In this document: positions 1-10,556 of the stretch, piece after piece
Numbering within the stretch: position 1 is the first letter of the stretch
Layout of the letters: each line of letters begins with the position of its first letter
IMG/VR virus record: IMGVR_UViG_3300035698_011651
Location: 2,749 to 66,748 of that record
Direction: 5' to 3' (one strand)
Source of the DNA: a virus
DNA length: 64,000 nucleotides
The notes under the pieces: model-generated
Told to the model about the DNA's origin: nothing
What the model saw: the letters and a program-made list of their open reading frames with translations, nothing else
Databases searched by the model: none
Made by a program: the position numbers and the translations under genes

Positions 1-270
1 GCTCTTAATACCAGGATCATAAGTCTCGAGCTGTTTAGATACGTAACCTTTACTCCGGGAACAAAGATTCAAAATATGTTGTAACTTCTTCGCATCATCA
101 GAGATAGACATATCTAACTGATCGACATGCATATCCACTACTGTAACCGGCTTCTTCTTCTCCGGATCGTCATGCTTCAGATTCGGTACACCATTACGTG
201 TCCTATAAGGAATACCATCAATACCTGGAAATACCTGTTGACCAAGAACTCCCTCTTCTTGCTCATGCAT
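1..270 (-). CDS. hypothetical protein, partial (mirror of 60983..61342)
   Basis: Mirror copy truncated by the window edge. Confidence 0.7.
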   Translation of the reverse strand, partial: MHEQEEGVLGQQVFPGIDGIPYRTRNGVPNLKHDDPEKKKPVTVVDMHVDQLDMSISDDAKKLQHILNLCSRSKGYVSKQLETYDPGIKS

Positions 271-640
271 AAAGATCCTCCTCCTTCTGGGCTTCCTGCT
301 TACGTTTAAACAACTTACGCCAATTGCGTTGCTCACTACGCTGCGTAATACGCTTAGCCTGCCTCTTGTACTCAGAGATAAGCTCATTACGCTTCATTGC
401 CTCAACATCCGTAGGCGTTACATCATTCATCATAGAATGCGCCTTACCAGTGTATATACCGCCAAGCATGGGAACACCTAAGCCCAATAACAGCCCATAC
501 GAACCCAAACTCTTGACACCACGTAATGCCTCAGCAGCAATACCACCCTCTGCTAACTTGCGGAATGTCGCTGGAGTGTGCCCAAGCTCGGCAACCTTTG
601 TGTAATATCCAACCCGGAATGCATCTCGTCTATCCATCAT
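263..640 (-). CDS. Gly-rich putative virion protein (mirror of 60613..60990)
   Basis: Identical mirror ORF. Confidence 0.7.
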   Translation of the reverse strand: MMDRRDAFRVGYYTKVAELGHTPATFRKLAEGGIAAEALRGVKSLGSYGLLLGLGVPMLGGIYTGKAHSMMNDVTPTDVEAMKRNELISEYKRQAKRITQRSEQRNWRKLFKRKQEAQKEEDLYA

Positions 641-1398
641 ATCACTCCTGCTCCACGTAGTAAGCCGGCAACAGCTCCAATCCTTGATAAAGTAGACTGA
701 GCCTGTGGCCTCAAACCAAATACCGCTCCCATAACTTTGCTGCCCATAGCAGCAGCGCCATAACCTAACCCAGCCCCAAGCATTCCCCCAAACAACTTAC
801 GGCCTGGATTACTAAGCAGCCCTGAGTCCTGACCATGAGTGGCCCGGCTCATGTAACCCAGAGTACGTACCTTCTCGCTAACACTCATAGCTGGATCGGC
901 ATATATAGTACCTTGCGCCTGCGCAATACCTATAGGTGGCATGTTGCCAGATGGTAACGATGGCAGAGCGCCAAAACCACCCTCCTTCTCCTGCGTAGTA
1001 GTAACTTGGGCTTTAACAGCAGGAGCCGCGGGGGCCTTGGTGAACGGATAAGCATCTCCAGTTGTACTGTATAACGGCTCCTTATGCTTCCGCGCTGAGC
1101 TGATAGCAGGCCAGGCAGCTAAGCCACCAAGCAATGCCCCGCCCAAGCCAAGACCAATACGTAACCGCCTTGGGTCAAACCTATTGGGGAATAAAGCGTT
1201 TAATAGTGGGGCAGCAACCATAGACCCCATACCTGCTCCCAATGCAGACTGACCAATAGCCCCTGGCAGTACTCCAGTAGGAATACCCTTAGGCCAGAAG
1301 CCTCTCTTAAAACCAGTTGCCTGGAAATACTTATTAAGCAGATTTATCATCCCAGCTGGTTTAGCCTGAGCCTTTGGTTGTACGACGTCAGCAGACAC
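637..1398 (-). CDS. Gly-zipper putative virion protein (mirror of 59855..60616)
   Basis: Identical mirror ORF. Confidence 0.7.
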   Translation of the reverse strand: MSADVVQPKAQAKPAGMINLLNKYFQATGFKRGFWPKGIPTGVLPGAIGQSALGAGMGSMVAAPLLNALFPNRFDPRRLRIGLGLGGALLGGLAAWPAISSARKHKEPLYSTTGDAYPFTKAPAAPAVKAQVTTTQEKEGGFGALPSLPSGNMPPIGIAQAQGTIYADPAMSVSEKVRTLGYMSRATHGQDSGLLSNPGRKLFGGMLGAGLGYGAAAMGSKVMGAVFGLRPQAQSTLSRIGAVAGLLRGAGVI

Positions 1399-1420
1399 TA
1401 TATAACCTCCGTATACATGA

Positions 1421-2002
1421 TCAACGCTTTGCAGCTGGAACTACAGGGGCTTTCTTTTTCTTGGGACTTGCTGCGCCAATAGCGCCACCGGCCGCGCCAG
1501 CTGCCGTAGCCGCACCAGCTGCAATAGCTGGGGCCACGGGCTTAGCTTTTGGCTTACTAACTGCTGTGGGCGAAACTGCAGAGGCTGCCAAGGGTGACAG
1601 ACCTCTCAAGGCAGCCAATAATGGTGATGTCACTGAATTAGCTGCCCCCATTACGCCTTCAGCAACAGGCCTCTTAGCTGCAGGCTTCTTAGCTGCAGGC
1701 GCGGGCGCGGGCGCAGGCGCTGGTTTAGTTACTTTAGCTGCTGGAGGAGTACCCCCGCCCGTGATAGTCATTGGACTAAACTTGGGGGGCTTAGAAGAAG
1801 TACCAGTCGGCCCACTCATTAAATGTCTAGCACCCAAAGCAGCTGGTATACTCATAGCTGTAGTGGCCGCTGCAGTAGGGGCTGTTAGCCTTACCAACGG
1901 ATTCTTACGGATCTTACGGGACCCTCGGCTCATCATACGGAGGATATCACCAATGCCTGACTTCTTGTATATACACCCACTCCTAGATTTACTGGTAGTC
2001 AT
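1421..2002 (-). CDS. Ala/Pro/Lys-rich protein (mirror of 59251..59832)
   Basis: Identical mirror ORF. Confidence 0.7.
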   Translation of the reverse strand: MTTSKSRSGCIYKKSGIGDILRMMSRGSRKIRKNPLVRLTAPTAAATTAMSIPAALGARHLMSGPTGTSSKPPKFSPMTITGGGTPPAAKVTKPAPAPAPAPAAKKPAAKRPVAEGVMGAANSVTSPLLAALRGLSPLAASAVSPTAVSKPKAKPVAPAIAAGAATAAGAAGGAIGAASPKKKKAPVVPAAKR

Positions 2003-2069
2003 GACGCCTCCTACAAGGTTATTGCCTTCATAAGCTGTTCAAGCTGCTTGAAGACTTAAAAGATTGCAA

Positions 2070-2438
2070 TCAAGAAGATGAACTACTTGAGCTTTCAGAT
2101 GACTCACTGCTTTCTGACGACTCACTGCTTTCTGACGACTCCGGCTGCAATGACGATTCACTGCTCTCAGACGACTCCGATGAATTTATTGAAGAAGATG
2201 ACTCCAATGAACTTACTGAAGAAGACTCTATCGGTTGTATGTCATCAGGCCCTGTAGCCCAGGCCGCGCGGCCACGCCTAATAGTTCCACGATTAGGATC
2301 GCCAGGGGTGCACTCACGCCACTCAGCCGCTCTATCCGCCGACTTATTGTTAACATAGGCGTTACGGCCAGCCGGAACAACGTTCTTTACGTCAGTCCCA
2401 ACAAGACCCCACTTTGAATACTTTCCTTTGTCAGCCAT
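2070..2438 (-). CDS. Ser/Glu-tail protein (mirror of 58815..59183)
   Basis: Identical mirror ORF. Confidence 0.7.
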   Translation of the reverse strand: MADKGKYSKWGLVGTDVKNVVPAGRNAYVNNKSADRAAEWRECTPGDPNRGTIRRGRAAWATGPDDIQPIESSSVSSLESSSSINSSESSESSESSLQPESSESSESSESSESSESSSSSSS

Positions 2439-2480
2439 TGTAAACTCCTTATCTGTAAATCAATAAAATAGATTAATATA

Positions 2481-3116
2481 TTAGAACCCGCCAGAGGCGC
2501 CACTACAACCTCCGCCAGCAATAGGTGGCTTAGGTGCAGGTTTAGCTACAGGAGCCGGCTTCCTCTTGCCACCTAAAGTAGATGCATAATAGCCGCCGCC
2601 AGCAATAGGTGGCTTAGGTGCAGGTTTAGCTACAGGAGCCGGCTTCTTCTTGCCACCTAAAGTAGATGCATAATAGCCGCCGCCAGCCAATAATGGAAGT
2701 AAAAGGCTGCTAAGAGACATACCACCGCCGCCCCCGCGGGAACGATCTCCGCCGCCGCCGCCAAATAGTGAAGAAAGCAAAGATCCACCAACGCCGGTTC
2801 CGGTACCTACCAACAGGGCCCGCTGCCACGCTGGCATACTGCTGAAAGTTTTGCTTATATCACCCCACCAATCAGTCTTTTTGGCCTGCGCAGGGGCTAG
2901 CTGTCTGGCCGTAGCGGGAACTTGAGGCTGAGGAACCGCAGCGGGAACTTGAGGCTGAGAAACCGCAGCGGGAACTCGGGGCTGCACGCCAGGTGAGACA
3001 GTTCCAGGAAGCTGAACTCCTCCAATTTGGTTGAGGGCTACGGGTGGGGCCTTTGCCACCGGGACTGGCTCAGCTGATAGTTTAGTCATATTTTCCCAAG
3101 CTTCTTTTGCTTCCAT
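2481..3116 (-). CDS. Gly/Pro-rich repeat protein (mirror of 58137..58772)
   Basis: Identical mirror ORF. Confidence 0.7.
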   Translation of the reverse strand: MEAKEAWENMTKLSAEPVPVAKAPPVALNQIGGVQLPGTVSPGVQPRVPAAVSQPQVPAAVPQPQVPATARQLAPAQAKKTDWWGDISKTFSSMPAWQRALLVGTGTGVGGSLLSSLFGGGGGDRSRGGGGGMSLSSLLLPLLAGGGYYASTLGGKKKPAPVAKPAPKPPIAGGGYYASTLGGKRKPAPVAKPAPKPPIAGGGCSGASGGF

Positions 3117-3127
3117 GGTATTCTCCT

Positions 3128-4435
3128 TTATGCGTCATCCCAATCGGCGATACCGCCAATACGCTGCAGTACCCGCAAGCGTTCAACGGGGGCGGCAAGC
3201 CCGCCAATCATTGTGTATACTACAGGGCGCGGGTTATTACCTGCGTATATCCCTCTATGCACGGCGCTGCCAGAACTTAGCATTCTACCTAACATAGAGA
3301 AACCATCGTCCAGCGCATCCTGCTTTACACTCCTCAAAACGTCCTTATTAGCTACAAGGACACAGCCAGCAACCGACCCACTAGAAAGATCAAGACCACC
3401 TACCAGCACGTTCCTTTTAAGATTATCTCTTATGGCTACGCCCATGTCTTCCCGGGCGTCCCACTTTGCCATAGGTGTTGCGCCGAAGACCAGTAAACCA
3501 GACTGAAGAATAGTCTCAAGATCGGCTTTATCAAACGAAGTGTACTCAGAGTGCCTAGCTGACACAACATTGATAAGATGGAAGATTGAACAAATGGTCT
3601 GATTTGAACGGGTCCAAAACTCTTCCACACTTAAATCAGGGTACAGTTTACTGATACGCTGGTTATCTATTACAATGAGTGGGCTGATCTTATCTGGAAG
3701 CATAGAATACAGTTTAGTGAACGTATTAAATGCATTGTAATGCGCATGCTTACCGTCAGATTCCTTCGGTAAAGCCAGTATAACTCCAACCTTAGGGTCG
3801 CCGCCGTGCTTCCTCAGTTCCAGTTTATCCATAAACTCGCCGCAGATATCAACCAGCTCTGCAGCACTACCAGACCCTGTACCGCCACCAGCCGTGGCAG
3901 TTATGAGGATTCGATCAAAATCAGTGCCAAACTTTCTGCGCATGATATCATGTATATCTTCATGATGCTGCTTCGCAGCCTTAAATCCGTCTTCCAGCTT
4001 ACCGCCAGCTCCGGACGTACCTATTATTAACTTGTTCTCTTCAGGCAGCTGCAAGGGCTTTATATCTGTCTGCGCTGTATTAACAGCCACGACGCGCCGA
4101 TAACCCATATTCCAGAACTGGTGGGCAAGCCTTCCGCCGCCCTGCCCAGAACCAAGTATAGCCCAATTAAAGGCAACTGGTTTACCTATTTCATCCTCCA
4201 CTTTCTCTTTCACCTCTTGCGGTGGTAACGGAACATCAGACACATCAAGTAGATCCAGTACCTCTGGCTCAGCAGGAACTTCTACAACTGGCGCTGCAGG
4301 TGGCTCTTGTGATACCGGCTGTGCTACAGGTTTCTGTTCTTCTGGCATTGGTTTATCCTTTCTCCTCCGGCCGGCGTATTTGTTACCCGGCGCTTTACTA
4401 CGATCATGAACTAAAAATGATTTTATCTCTGGCAT
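3128..4435 (-). CDS. Tubulin/FtsZ-superfamily GTPase (mirror of 56818..58125)
   Basis: GSGQGGGRLA, AVNTA and GGGTGSG motifs. Confidence 0.9.
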   Translation of the reverse strand: MPEIKSFLVHDRSKAPGNKYAGRRRKDKPMPEEQKPVAQPVSQEPPAAPVVEVPAEPEVLDLLDVSDVPLPPQEVKEKVEDEIGKPVAFNWAILGSGQGGGRLAHQFWNMGYRRVVAVNTAQTDIKPLQLPEENKLIIGTSGAGGKLEDGFKAAKQHHEDIHDIMRRKFGTDFDRILITATAGGGTGSGSAAELVDICGEFMDKLELRKHGGDPKVGVILALPKESDGKHAHYNAFNTFTKLYSMLPDKISPLIVIDNQRISKLYPDLSVEEFWTRSNQTICSIFHLINVVSARHSEYTSFDKADLETILQSGLLVFGATPMAKWDAREDMGVAIRDNLKRNVLVGGLDLSSGSVAGCVLVANKDVLRSVKQDALDDGFSMLGRMLSSGSAVHRGIYAGNNPRPVVYTMIGGLAAPVERLRVLQRIGGIADWDDA

Positions 4436-4445
4436 AATCTCTATT

Positions 4446-6230
4446 TTAAAACATACTTTTTAATTTACTATGTATAGTTTGTATATTTTCAAATGGTTGC
4501 TTCCATGGGAGCATGGTATTACCTATGGATTTAAGCCCCTGTAACTTCCAATTCTGCTCAGCTCCAGGAGATGGCGCCTGCCCACTCAATACGCGTTGAT
4601 ACGTCTCCGGCTGTGTAGAGTACTGCTTCTTAGCATTAGCAAGCCACGCCTGAGGTGTAACACCAGCCTTCTGCCAGTTAACAAGATTCATCCAATTAGG
4701 CCTGCCAGATGTGGTTCCAGGATTCTTACGCTTAGCATATGCTGGCACCCTATTAGGGTGGGAATATCTGTAACCAGACTGCTGTTCTGCTATATCAGCA
4801 GTGCCTTCAGCCCTACCCTGAGCAGCATTAGCAAGGTCCAGCGCATTAGTAGAGCGACCTATAGTTTTACTAAGCGTACTAGGCGCTGTAGTAAGGGCGG
4901 AGAGTGCTGCTAATGGGTGCCGTCCGGCTCTTAAAGCTGTGGCCAGAGAGTTTGGCTCTCTATCGGTAGCTTCGGTAAAGGCTCTGGCTGGAGCAAAGTG
5001 AGTAGCTTCTGCTACATAAGGTGCCGAGCCTAAATTCTCATACCCATGCACAGGGCCGGCCTTATTATAAAGATCAACAGCCCTGCCGGTAGCCCCAATA
5101 CGCTTACCAATCTCCCCTGCCAGACTAAATCGGGGGGTAGCAAACTCTAACCCACCAACCCCAGTCTGGATTGCATCATCCACGCTGGATATACCTGGAA
5201 GATGCTCAGATAAAGTTCTGCTGTGTGCCCCTGATGGGTCTGACAAAGCTGTCTGGGCTACTTCTTTTTGCCTGTCAATAAGTCCTGCCTTAGAGCCTGC
5301 TCCCCGCCCCATGAGGGTTCTACGCCCGGCAGGGCTTATCATACCTAGACGTTTAAGCATCTGTATATCTGATCCAGCTTGCTGCGCTGCAGGCTGGCTG
5401 CCTACGTAATCAAGTGCTCCCTCTGCGAGAGCTTCCACCGGTAACGCCGCCCCGCCAATGGCATTTACTATAGCAGGTGGTGCTTTAAATAGGTGCTTAG
5501 CTATAATCCCTGATACCTCAGGGGCGAAGTTCAACCCCATGAGCCCGATTCCTTTATTCCGGTTTAATCCAATATTGCCTGCTTCAATATCCTTATCTAT
5601 ACCCGTTCTCTCGGCTGCAAGCTGATTATACCTATGTAGGTTGCGATAATCCGAAGTAGTCATGCCGTGTGCGTCTGCAGGCGCTGCCGTAGGTTCGGCT
5701 GCGGGCACTGCCGTAGGTTCGACTTGTGGTTGAGCCTGTACAGGTGCATCGCCCTGTTGAAGCTGTTCTGGAGACGGCTGCTGTACCTGAACTTGTGGAG
5801 TCTGAGTAGTAGAGCCTGGGCTCCGGCCTGTAGAGGAGGAGCCGCCTACAGAACCTGAAGCCCCGGCAAATAACTTTGATGCCCAGTCCCTTACTTTAGG
5901 TGAAGATGCCCCACCAAGGAGGGCGCCAACTAATGCGCCTATAACTCCTCCACGACCCCCCTTTAATACTGTTCCTAAACCTCCACCAACAAGTGATGAA
6001 AGAATTAGGCGTATCCATTCGTCTCTGCCCATCTCGGCAGCTTTGACCCTCTCACGCCTATTACGTATATGGCAACCCAACCCACTGCTGCGGCCGATAT
6101 CTCCAACTCCACGGCGTGGACGCTGACGGTTAGTGTTTGCTTTACGCCCATGTATAGGCTCACTCCAGCTCGCAGTTAGATCCTTCGTTAGGTGTGATAT
6201 GTTGTGCGGCACAGGGGCCTCCATAAGCAT
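4446..6230 (-). CDS. Gly/Ala-rich putative virion protein (mirror of 55023..56807)
   Basis: Identical mirror ORF. Confidence 0.7.
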   Translation of the reverse strand: MLMEAPVPHNISHLTKDLTASWSEPIHGRKANTNRQRPRRGVGDIGRSSGLGCHIRNRRERVKAAEMGRDEWIRLILSSLVGGGLGTVLKGGRGGVIGALVGALLGGASSPKVRDWASKLFAGASGSVGGSSSTGRSPGSTTQTPQVQVQQPSPEQLQQGDAPVQAQPQVEPTAVPAAEPTAAPADAHGMTTSDYRNLHRYNQLAAERTGIDKDIEAGNIGLNRNKGIGLMGLNFAPEVSGIIAKHLFKAPPAIVNAIGGAALPVEALAEGALDYVGSQPAAQQAGSDIQMLKRLGMISPAGRRTLMGRGAGSKAGLIDRQKEVAQTALSDPSGAHSRTLSEHLPGISSVDDAIQTGVGGLEFATPRFSLAGEIGKRIGATGRAVDLYNKAGPVHGYENLGSAPYVAEATHFAPARAFTEATDREPNSLATALRAGRHPLAALSALTTAPSTLSKTIGRSTNALDLANAAQGRAEGTADIAEQQSGYRYSHPNRVPAYAKRKNPGTTSGRPNWMNLVNWQKAGVTPQAWLANAKKQYSTQPETYQRVLSGQAPSPGAEQNWKLQGLKSIGNTMLPWKQPFENIQTIHSKLKSMF

Positions 6231-6281
6231 AACAAGATCAATCCAAAGACATTATGCGGTTGTAGCAGTCCTTGGTCAAGT

Positions 6282-8138
6282 CTAACCTGGGGATCCCCCC
6301 TGTAATATCTGATATCCACCAATCGACTGAGCCTGCTGCCTAATTGATTCCATCTTTGATTTAACCAAGGCATGTAGCGCCTCATTAGACTTCTTCAATT
6401 GCAGCATCTGACTCTTACGCTGCTCATATGGCATTTGTAGCAACTGGTTAGCAATCTGTTCAGCCTGTACAAGCATATCTTGCGGAGTATTGTTACCTCC
6501 ACCCCCACCCATAGGCGCTCCACCCATAGGCGCTCCGCCCATTGCTGGGTCACCCATAGGCATTCCACCCCCCATAGGCATACCTGCGCCGCCAGGCGGC
6601 ATAGCGCCCGCTGCACCCCGCTCCATAGTGGCGATACGCTCTTCCATTTGTTGCTGTTCAGACATCTCTCTCTGTGCATCACGTTCAAGTTCGGAAGTTT
6701 CCTTCTGCTCGTCAAAGATTCGCCTAGTCTCCTCGGCAACATCAATGCCGAGTGGGGCGTAGGCTGTCTGCTTACTAATCTGATTGCCGGCAGCCAGCTG
6801 CATGAGAATATTCTTCTTCTCAAGATCATCAGCAAGAGTGACTGGCTGCAACTGTACACGCGGCGGCTCCCAATTCTTGATACGAGCAGTTTGCTGTACA
6901 AACCAGGTAAGCCAGCCATTAAACCCAGATATTAGCTGAGGCCACGTCTGTTGAAATAACCTAAGAGCTGTAGGGGCAGCTTGTAAGGTCATAGTCCCTT
7001 TATAGAAATCTATAGGGACACCCTGGGCGTTCAACATCTCATCAAGAGCGTTGTTAATCATCTCAGAGGGAACCATAGTGGCTCCTTCACCTCCAAGAGA
7101 GCTGTAATTTATAGGGAATGGAAGGAAATGCCATGTTGCAGGATCTTTCCTGTGCTCTGCCACCATGTTCATAACCTTACTATTATACGCCCCAAGATTC
7201 TGATGCAGAATGGGGTCAGCTTCACGACTACTGCCAGCAGACGGTGTTAATACCCTGAATGGTACAATATAGTCAAGAGCCAAAGCCTCATTATATCTCT
7301 TCAACACCTGGATATAATAAGCCTGCTTGAAATTACTTACCAGCCTTGGTATACCCCACCCCATTACCCTTATACCGGATAAAGTCTCTTCCTTAAAATG
7401 ATGAAACATCTTGTCATTAAACCTGAACAATTTATCATCCCTGACCGCCTCTATGAACTCCCAATGGGTTGTTCTAAGGTAGAACGGATTGCCGTCCCTT
7501 ATCTCCCTCTTGAAGCTCTCAGGAATACGCCACCTATACTCTACGTCATGGGATAGAGGGTTATACTGAATGATTATAGAGTGGGGATCCCACCTTATAA
7601 TGCGTAGGGTCTCATCTTCTGCAGCCCTGCGATCGCGGCGTTCAAAGATACCCTTATGCTTACACTTAGGGCAGGTACCTGTAAACTGATAATTCTTACC
7701 AAACGTATAGTCAACCTTCTGGATTGGCCGTTCAAGACCGCACTTCTTACATATCAAGAACCGATCGAATGGTACATAGAGGCTGCTGAAGACATTTCCA
7801 TAACACATGAAGTCGTCACCCAAGTTAGCCAGCAGATCAATAACATTAACTGACTCATTAAGGTACTCTCTCCACTTCTTAGCCTCTTGATCCGATACAT
7901 CCTTAATCTCAATTTGAGTTAAGAAGTACCTGACTGTACGCTCGCAAGCTGTTCTAAAGGTGCCGTTATTAAGCCAGATATGCTCACACCACTGCAACAC
8001 ATTACGCAGCGTCCGCGGCATCTCCAGCGATGCATAATCGCACCAAGGATCCGGGAAGTATCCCTTACCAGCTTGGTTGATGTAACCCATACCTGTTATT
8101 TTGGAAGTGTTATACACTTCATTGGTGTCACACTGCAT
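6282..8138 (-). CDS. putative portal protein (mirror of 53115..54971)
   Basis: Identical mirror ORF. Confidence 0.55.
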   Translation of the reverse strand: MQCDTNEVYNTSKITGMGYINQAGKGYFPDPWCDYASLEMPRTLRNVLQWCEHIWLNNGTFRTACERTVRYFLTQIEIKDVSDQEAKKWREYLNESVNVIDLLANLGDDFMCYGNVFSSLYVPFDRFLICKKCGLERPIQKVDYTFGKNYQFTGTCPKCKHKGIFERRDRRAAEDETLRIIRWDPHSIIIQYNPLSHDVEYRWRIPESFKREIRDGNPFYLRTTHWEFIEAVRDDKLFRFNDKMFHHFKEETLSGIRVMGWGIPRLVSNFKQAYYIQVLKRYNEALALDYIVPFRVLTPSAGSSREADPILHQNLGAYNSKVMNMVAEHRKDPATWHFLPFPINYSSLGGEGATMVPSEMINNALDEMLNAQGVPIDFYKGTMTLQAAPTALRLFQQTWPQLISGFNGWLTWFVQQTARIKNWEPPRVQLQPVTLADDLEKKNILMQLAAGNQISKQTAYAPLGIDVAEETRRIFDEQKETSELERDAQREMSEQQQMEERIATMERGAAGAMPPGGAGMPMGGGMPMGDPAMGGAPMGGAPMGGGGGNNTPQDMLVQAEQIANQLLQMPYEQRKSQMLQLKKSNEALHALVKSKMESIRQQAQSIGGYQILQGGSPG

Positions 8139-8139
8139 T

Positions 8140-8355
8140 CTAAATCCTCGTGTGTAATGGGGTTAGCGTATCCAGTTGCTGGTCCATAGACTTAATCGCC
8201 TCATCAGCTTTCTTCTCAGATATTCCCTGCTTGTCGGACGTAATATAATGAGTCATGCATACAGCTTCCCCAGCCTTGTTGATAGTCTCAGACTTTCTGC
8301 CGCAGTAAGCGCAAGGAGTTACACCCTCTACCACTGAATTATTCTTGGTCGCCAT
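8140..8355 (-). CDS. small Zn-finger-like protein (mirror of 52898..53113)
   Basis: Identical mirror ORF. Confidence 0.65.
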   Translation of the reverse strand: MATKNNSVVEGVTPCAYCGRKSETINKAGEAVCMTHYITSDKQGISEKKADEAIKSMDQQLDTLTPLHTRI

Positions 8356-9073
8356 CTGCTATATCCTTTATCAAAAGAACGATAAGCTCTAGATTGTACG
8401 AACTCAGGGAGAACGCCATACCTGTAGAAAGCACATGATGAACGTCAGCTTCACTACCTACAGTAACTTCAACCGGCTCGGGCATAATAGATGGCTCAAA
8501 CTTTGCACCCTTTTTATACCTAGAATCCCATACCAGTACAAGGAACATATCTTCCCTGACAATGTTATGATAGTAAGTAGTTATCTTACCAAAGGGTAGG
8601 CCAAAGTTGAAGACTATGCGCTTATCGGGCTCAGCAACAACAGCGGCAGTGCCAGGCTCCGTAGCTTTAATTCGCTCCGCCAGCTCCGCTCGAGCTCTCA
8701 TAAGCTCAAGCTGCTTTACCAAAGATGCCATTGAATGTTCTTCAATAGACTTCGCTGCCGGCAGAGTAGTCTTCTCTACCTCACAGGCGGGCTCCACCTC
8801 CGTGTCCTGCACGCCTTTAATAATAGTTTCAGCAGACTCTCCAGGTATTTTTACTGGCTTACCTGCCTTTAAATCGTTGGCATCAAAGACATAAGAAGAT
8901 GGGAAGTCAGGATCCACCACAACAGGTACTGTGTCGTTAGGGGTGAATACCGGAGACCCGCCACCCATTGTGGCCTCTGGAATCTGAGTACCAAACTCAT
9001 TTACAGAATACTCGGTGCGCTTCTCTTTCATAATACCTGACCTACTGTCCTTCTTAAATTCTGTCTCTCCCAT
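8339..9073 (-). CDS. hypothetical protein (mirror of 52180..52914)
   Basis: Identical mirror ORF. Confidence 0.75.
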   Translation of the reverse strand: MGETEFKKDSRSGIMKEKRTEYSVNEFGTQIPEATMGGGSPVFTPNDTVPVVVDPDFPSSYVFDANDLKAGKPVKIPGESAETIIKGVQDTEVEPACEVEKTTLPAAKSIEEHSMASLVKQLELMRARAELAERIKATEPGTAAVVAEPDKRIVFNFGLPFGKITTYYHNIVREDMFLVLVWDSRYKKGAKFEPSIMPEPVEVTVGSEADVHHVLSTGMAFSLSSYNLELIVLLIKDIADGDQE

Positions 9074-9099
9074 GATACTCCTCCTGTGGGCTGATAGCT

Positions 9100-9126
9100 A
9101 AAAAGAAGCCTATTTACATAGGCTTC
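9100..9126 (-). terminator. intrinsic terminator (mirror of 52127..52153)
   Basis: 9-bp stem plus U-tract. Confidence 0.7.
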
Positions 9127-9142
9127 CTCTGAAATAATCTCC

Positions 9143-10213
9143 CTAGGCTACAATGCCTGCAGCCTCCAACCGGTTAGAGCTGGTAGCAATGTGGTTAAGC
9201 CGCTTACGATAATGCGGCTCCACGACTGTAGCTGGGACTGTGTCCCTGCTGCTGACGTGCCACCCTGTACTCTTCAAGTACAGGTCGTACTTATTACCCG
9301 ACAAACCAAGTACATCAGCTCGTAGGTAATCTCCCGAATACGTAGCAGCCTCTACTATCTTTGAGACTTCGTATTCGAACAAGGAAAGTTCCTCCCCCTC
9401 AGGTGGAAACTCTCCTTTCTTTGCTGCTGGCCACGCGAGCAACGACCCCTCGTATACTCGTGTACCAGGCATTACAGTTGGGGCCAGGAACCCGGGTATA
9501 CTCCAAGTTCCCGCATGATTACCGTCATTCCAGACAATAATCCAATCCGCCCCTACGCGAGTAACCGCCGTCACTTCAGCAGTCTTCTCGCATCGTAGTA
9601 AGGATCCATGAGCTGGCTTTATCTCCCGTGCCAGCAGCTTGCTCCCTACTTCTTCAATAATATTCGATTCATTGGCAGCGTTGACCCTAACAAAGGCCTG
9701 CGCATGAATACCCCTCAGCGGGGCGGTGTCGAGGGCTTTAACGCCCTCAGTAAGCAACCTTGCCATCGGCTTATTTTTACCAATAGCAAATTGCCCGTGC
9801 TTAGAGAGAGCGAGCTTAAGATACGCCCCCTTACCATTTTGCAGTTCCTTGAAAACGGGATGTCCATCTTCAATCCCTGCAGGGTTCAGAGCAGTAATAC
9901 TGTGCCCCAAACCATTCTCCTGTTGGATCATCACCAGGAGAACCCTACTACTGGGCGCCAACCCATGGCGGTGCCCATAGGGTCGCAGATCTTGAACTGA
10001 CCATGCGACCATTTTACGCTCCCGTTCAACTGCTTGCCTTAACTCTGGGTTAAGACCTTCCAAAAATCTGTTCACAATACTCCTCCTGTAAATGGCCCTA
10101 CCCGGGCGGGCCGTTGAGGATATAACCTGAACCTGCCGGGTAACAGGTTCCAAGTTATAATAACGCATTATAGAGTATTTTTTAGCGCAGTATTCCACCG
10201 GTCTTCCCCACAT
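9143..10213 (-). CDS. hypothetical protein (mirror of 51040..52110)
   Basis: Identical mirror ORF. Confidence 0.75.
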   Translation of the reverse strand: MWGRPVEYCAKKYSIMRYYNLEPVTRQVQVISSTARPGRAIYRRSIVNRFLEGLNPELRQAVERERKMVAWSVQDLRPYGHRHGLAPSSRVLLVMIQQENGLGHSITALNPAGIEDGHPVFKELQNGKGAYLKLALSKHGQFAIGKNKPMARLLTEGVKALDTAPLRGIHAQAFVRVNAANESNIIEEVGSKLLAREIKPAHGSLLRCEKTAEVTAVTRVGADWIIVWNDGNHAGTWSIPGFLAPTVMPGTRVYEGSLLAWPAAKKGEFPPEGEELSLFEYEVSKIVEAATYSGDYLRADVLGLSGNKYDLYLKSTGWHVSSRDTVPATVVEPHYRKRLNHIATSSNRLEAAGIVA

Positions 10214-10556
10214 ATTCGTCCGGATCTTCTCCAGACATCCTTAATTCATTATTACCTATCCGCAATTTGTACGTACTAATTGGTACTGTGTAATCAATGA
10301 TGTACCCCTTAAAGGCCCACACCCTACCCAAAAACTCTCCGCGTCTCTGCTTCTCAAGATACTGATGGAAAGTATATAAGCCCTCCTTAAGATCAGTAAA
10401 CTCACGTACCTCTGGGGAGCCCATTGGGCCGTTCTTTACTACAACAATGTATAGCTTCTCACCAGTAACCTGCAATGGCTGAGGTACTGATTCCTCCGCT
10501 GATAAGGAAGATGAGCTACCTTCACACATTGCTAGCTCCCCTGAAGAAGCTACCAT
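10182..10556 (-). CDS. hypothetical protein (mirror of 50697..51071)
   Basis: Identical mirror ORF. Confidence 0.7.
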   Translation of the reverse strand: MVASSGELAMCEGSSSSLSAEESVPQPLQVTGEKLYIVVVKNGPMGSPEVREFTDLKEGLYTFHQYLEKQRRGEFLGRVWAFKGYIIDYTVPISTYKLRIGNNELRMSGEDPDEYVGKTGGILR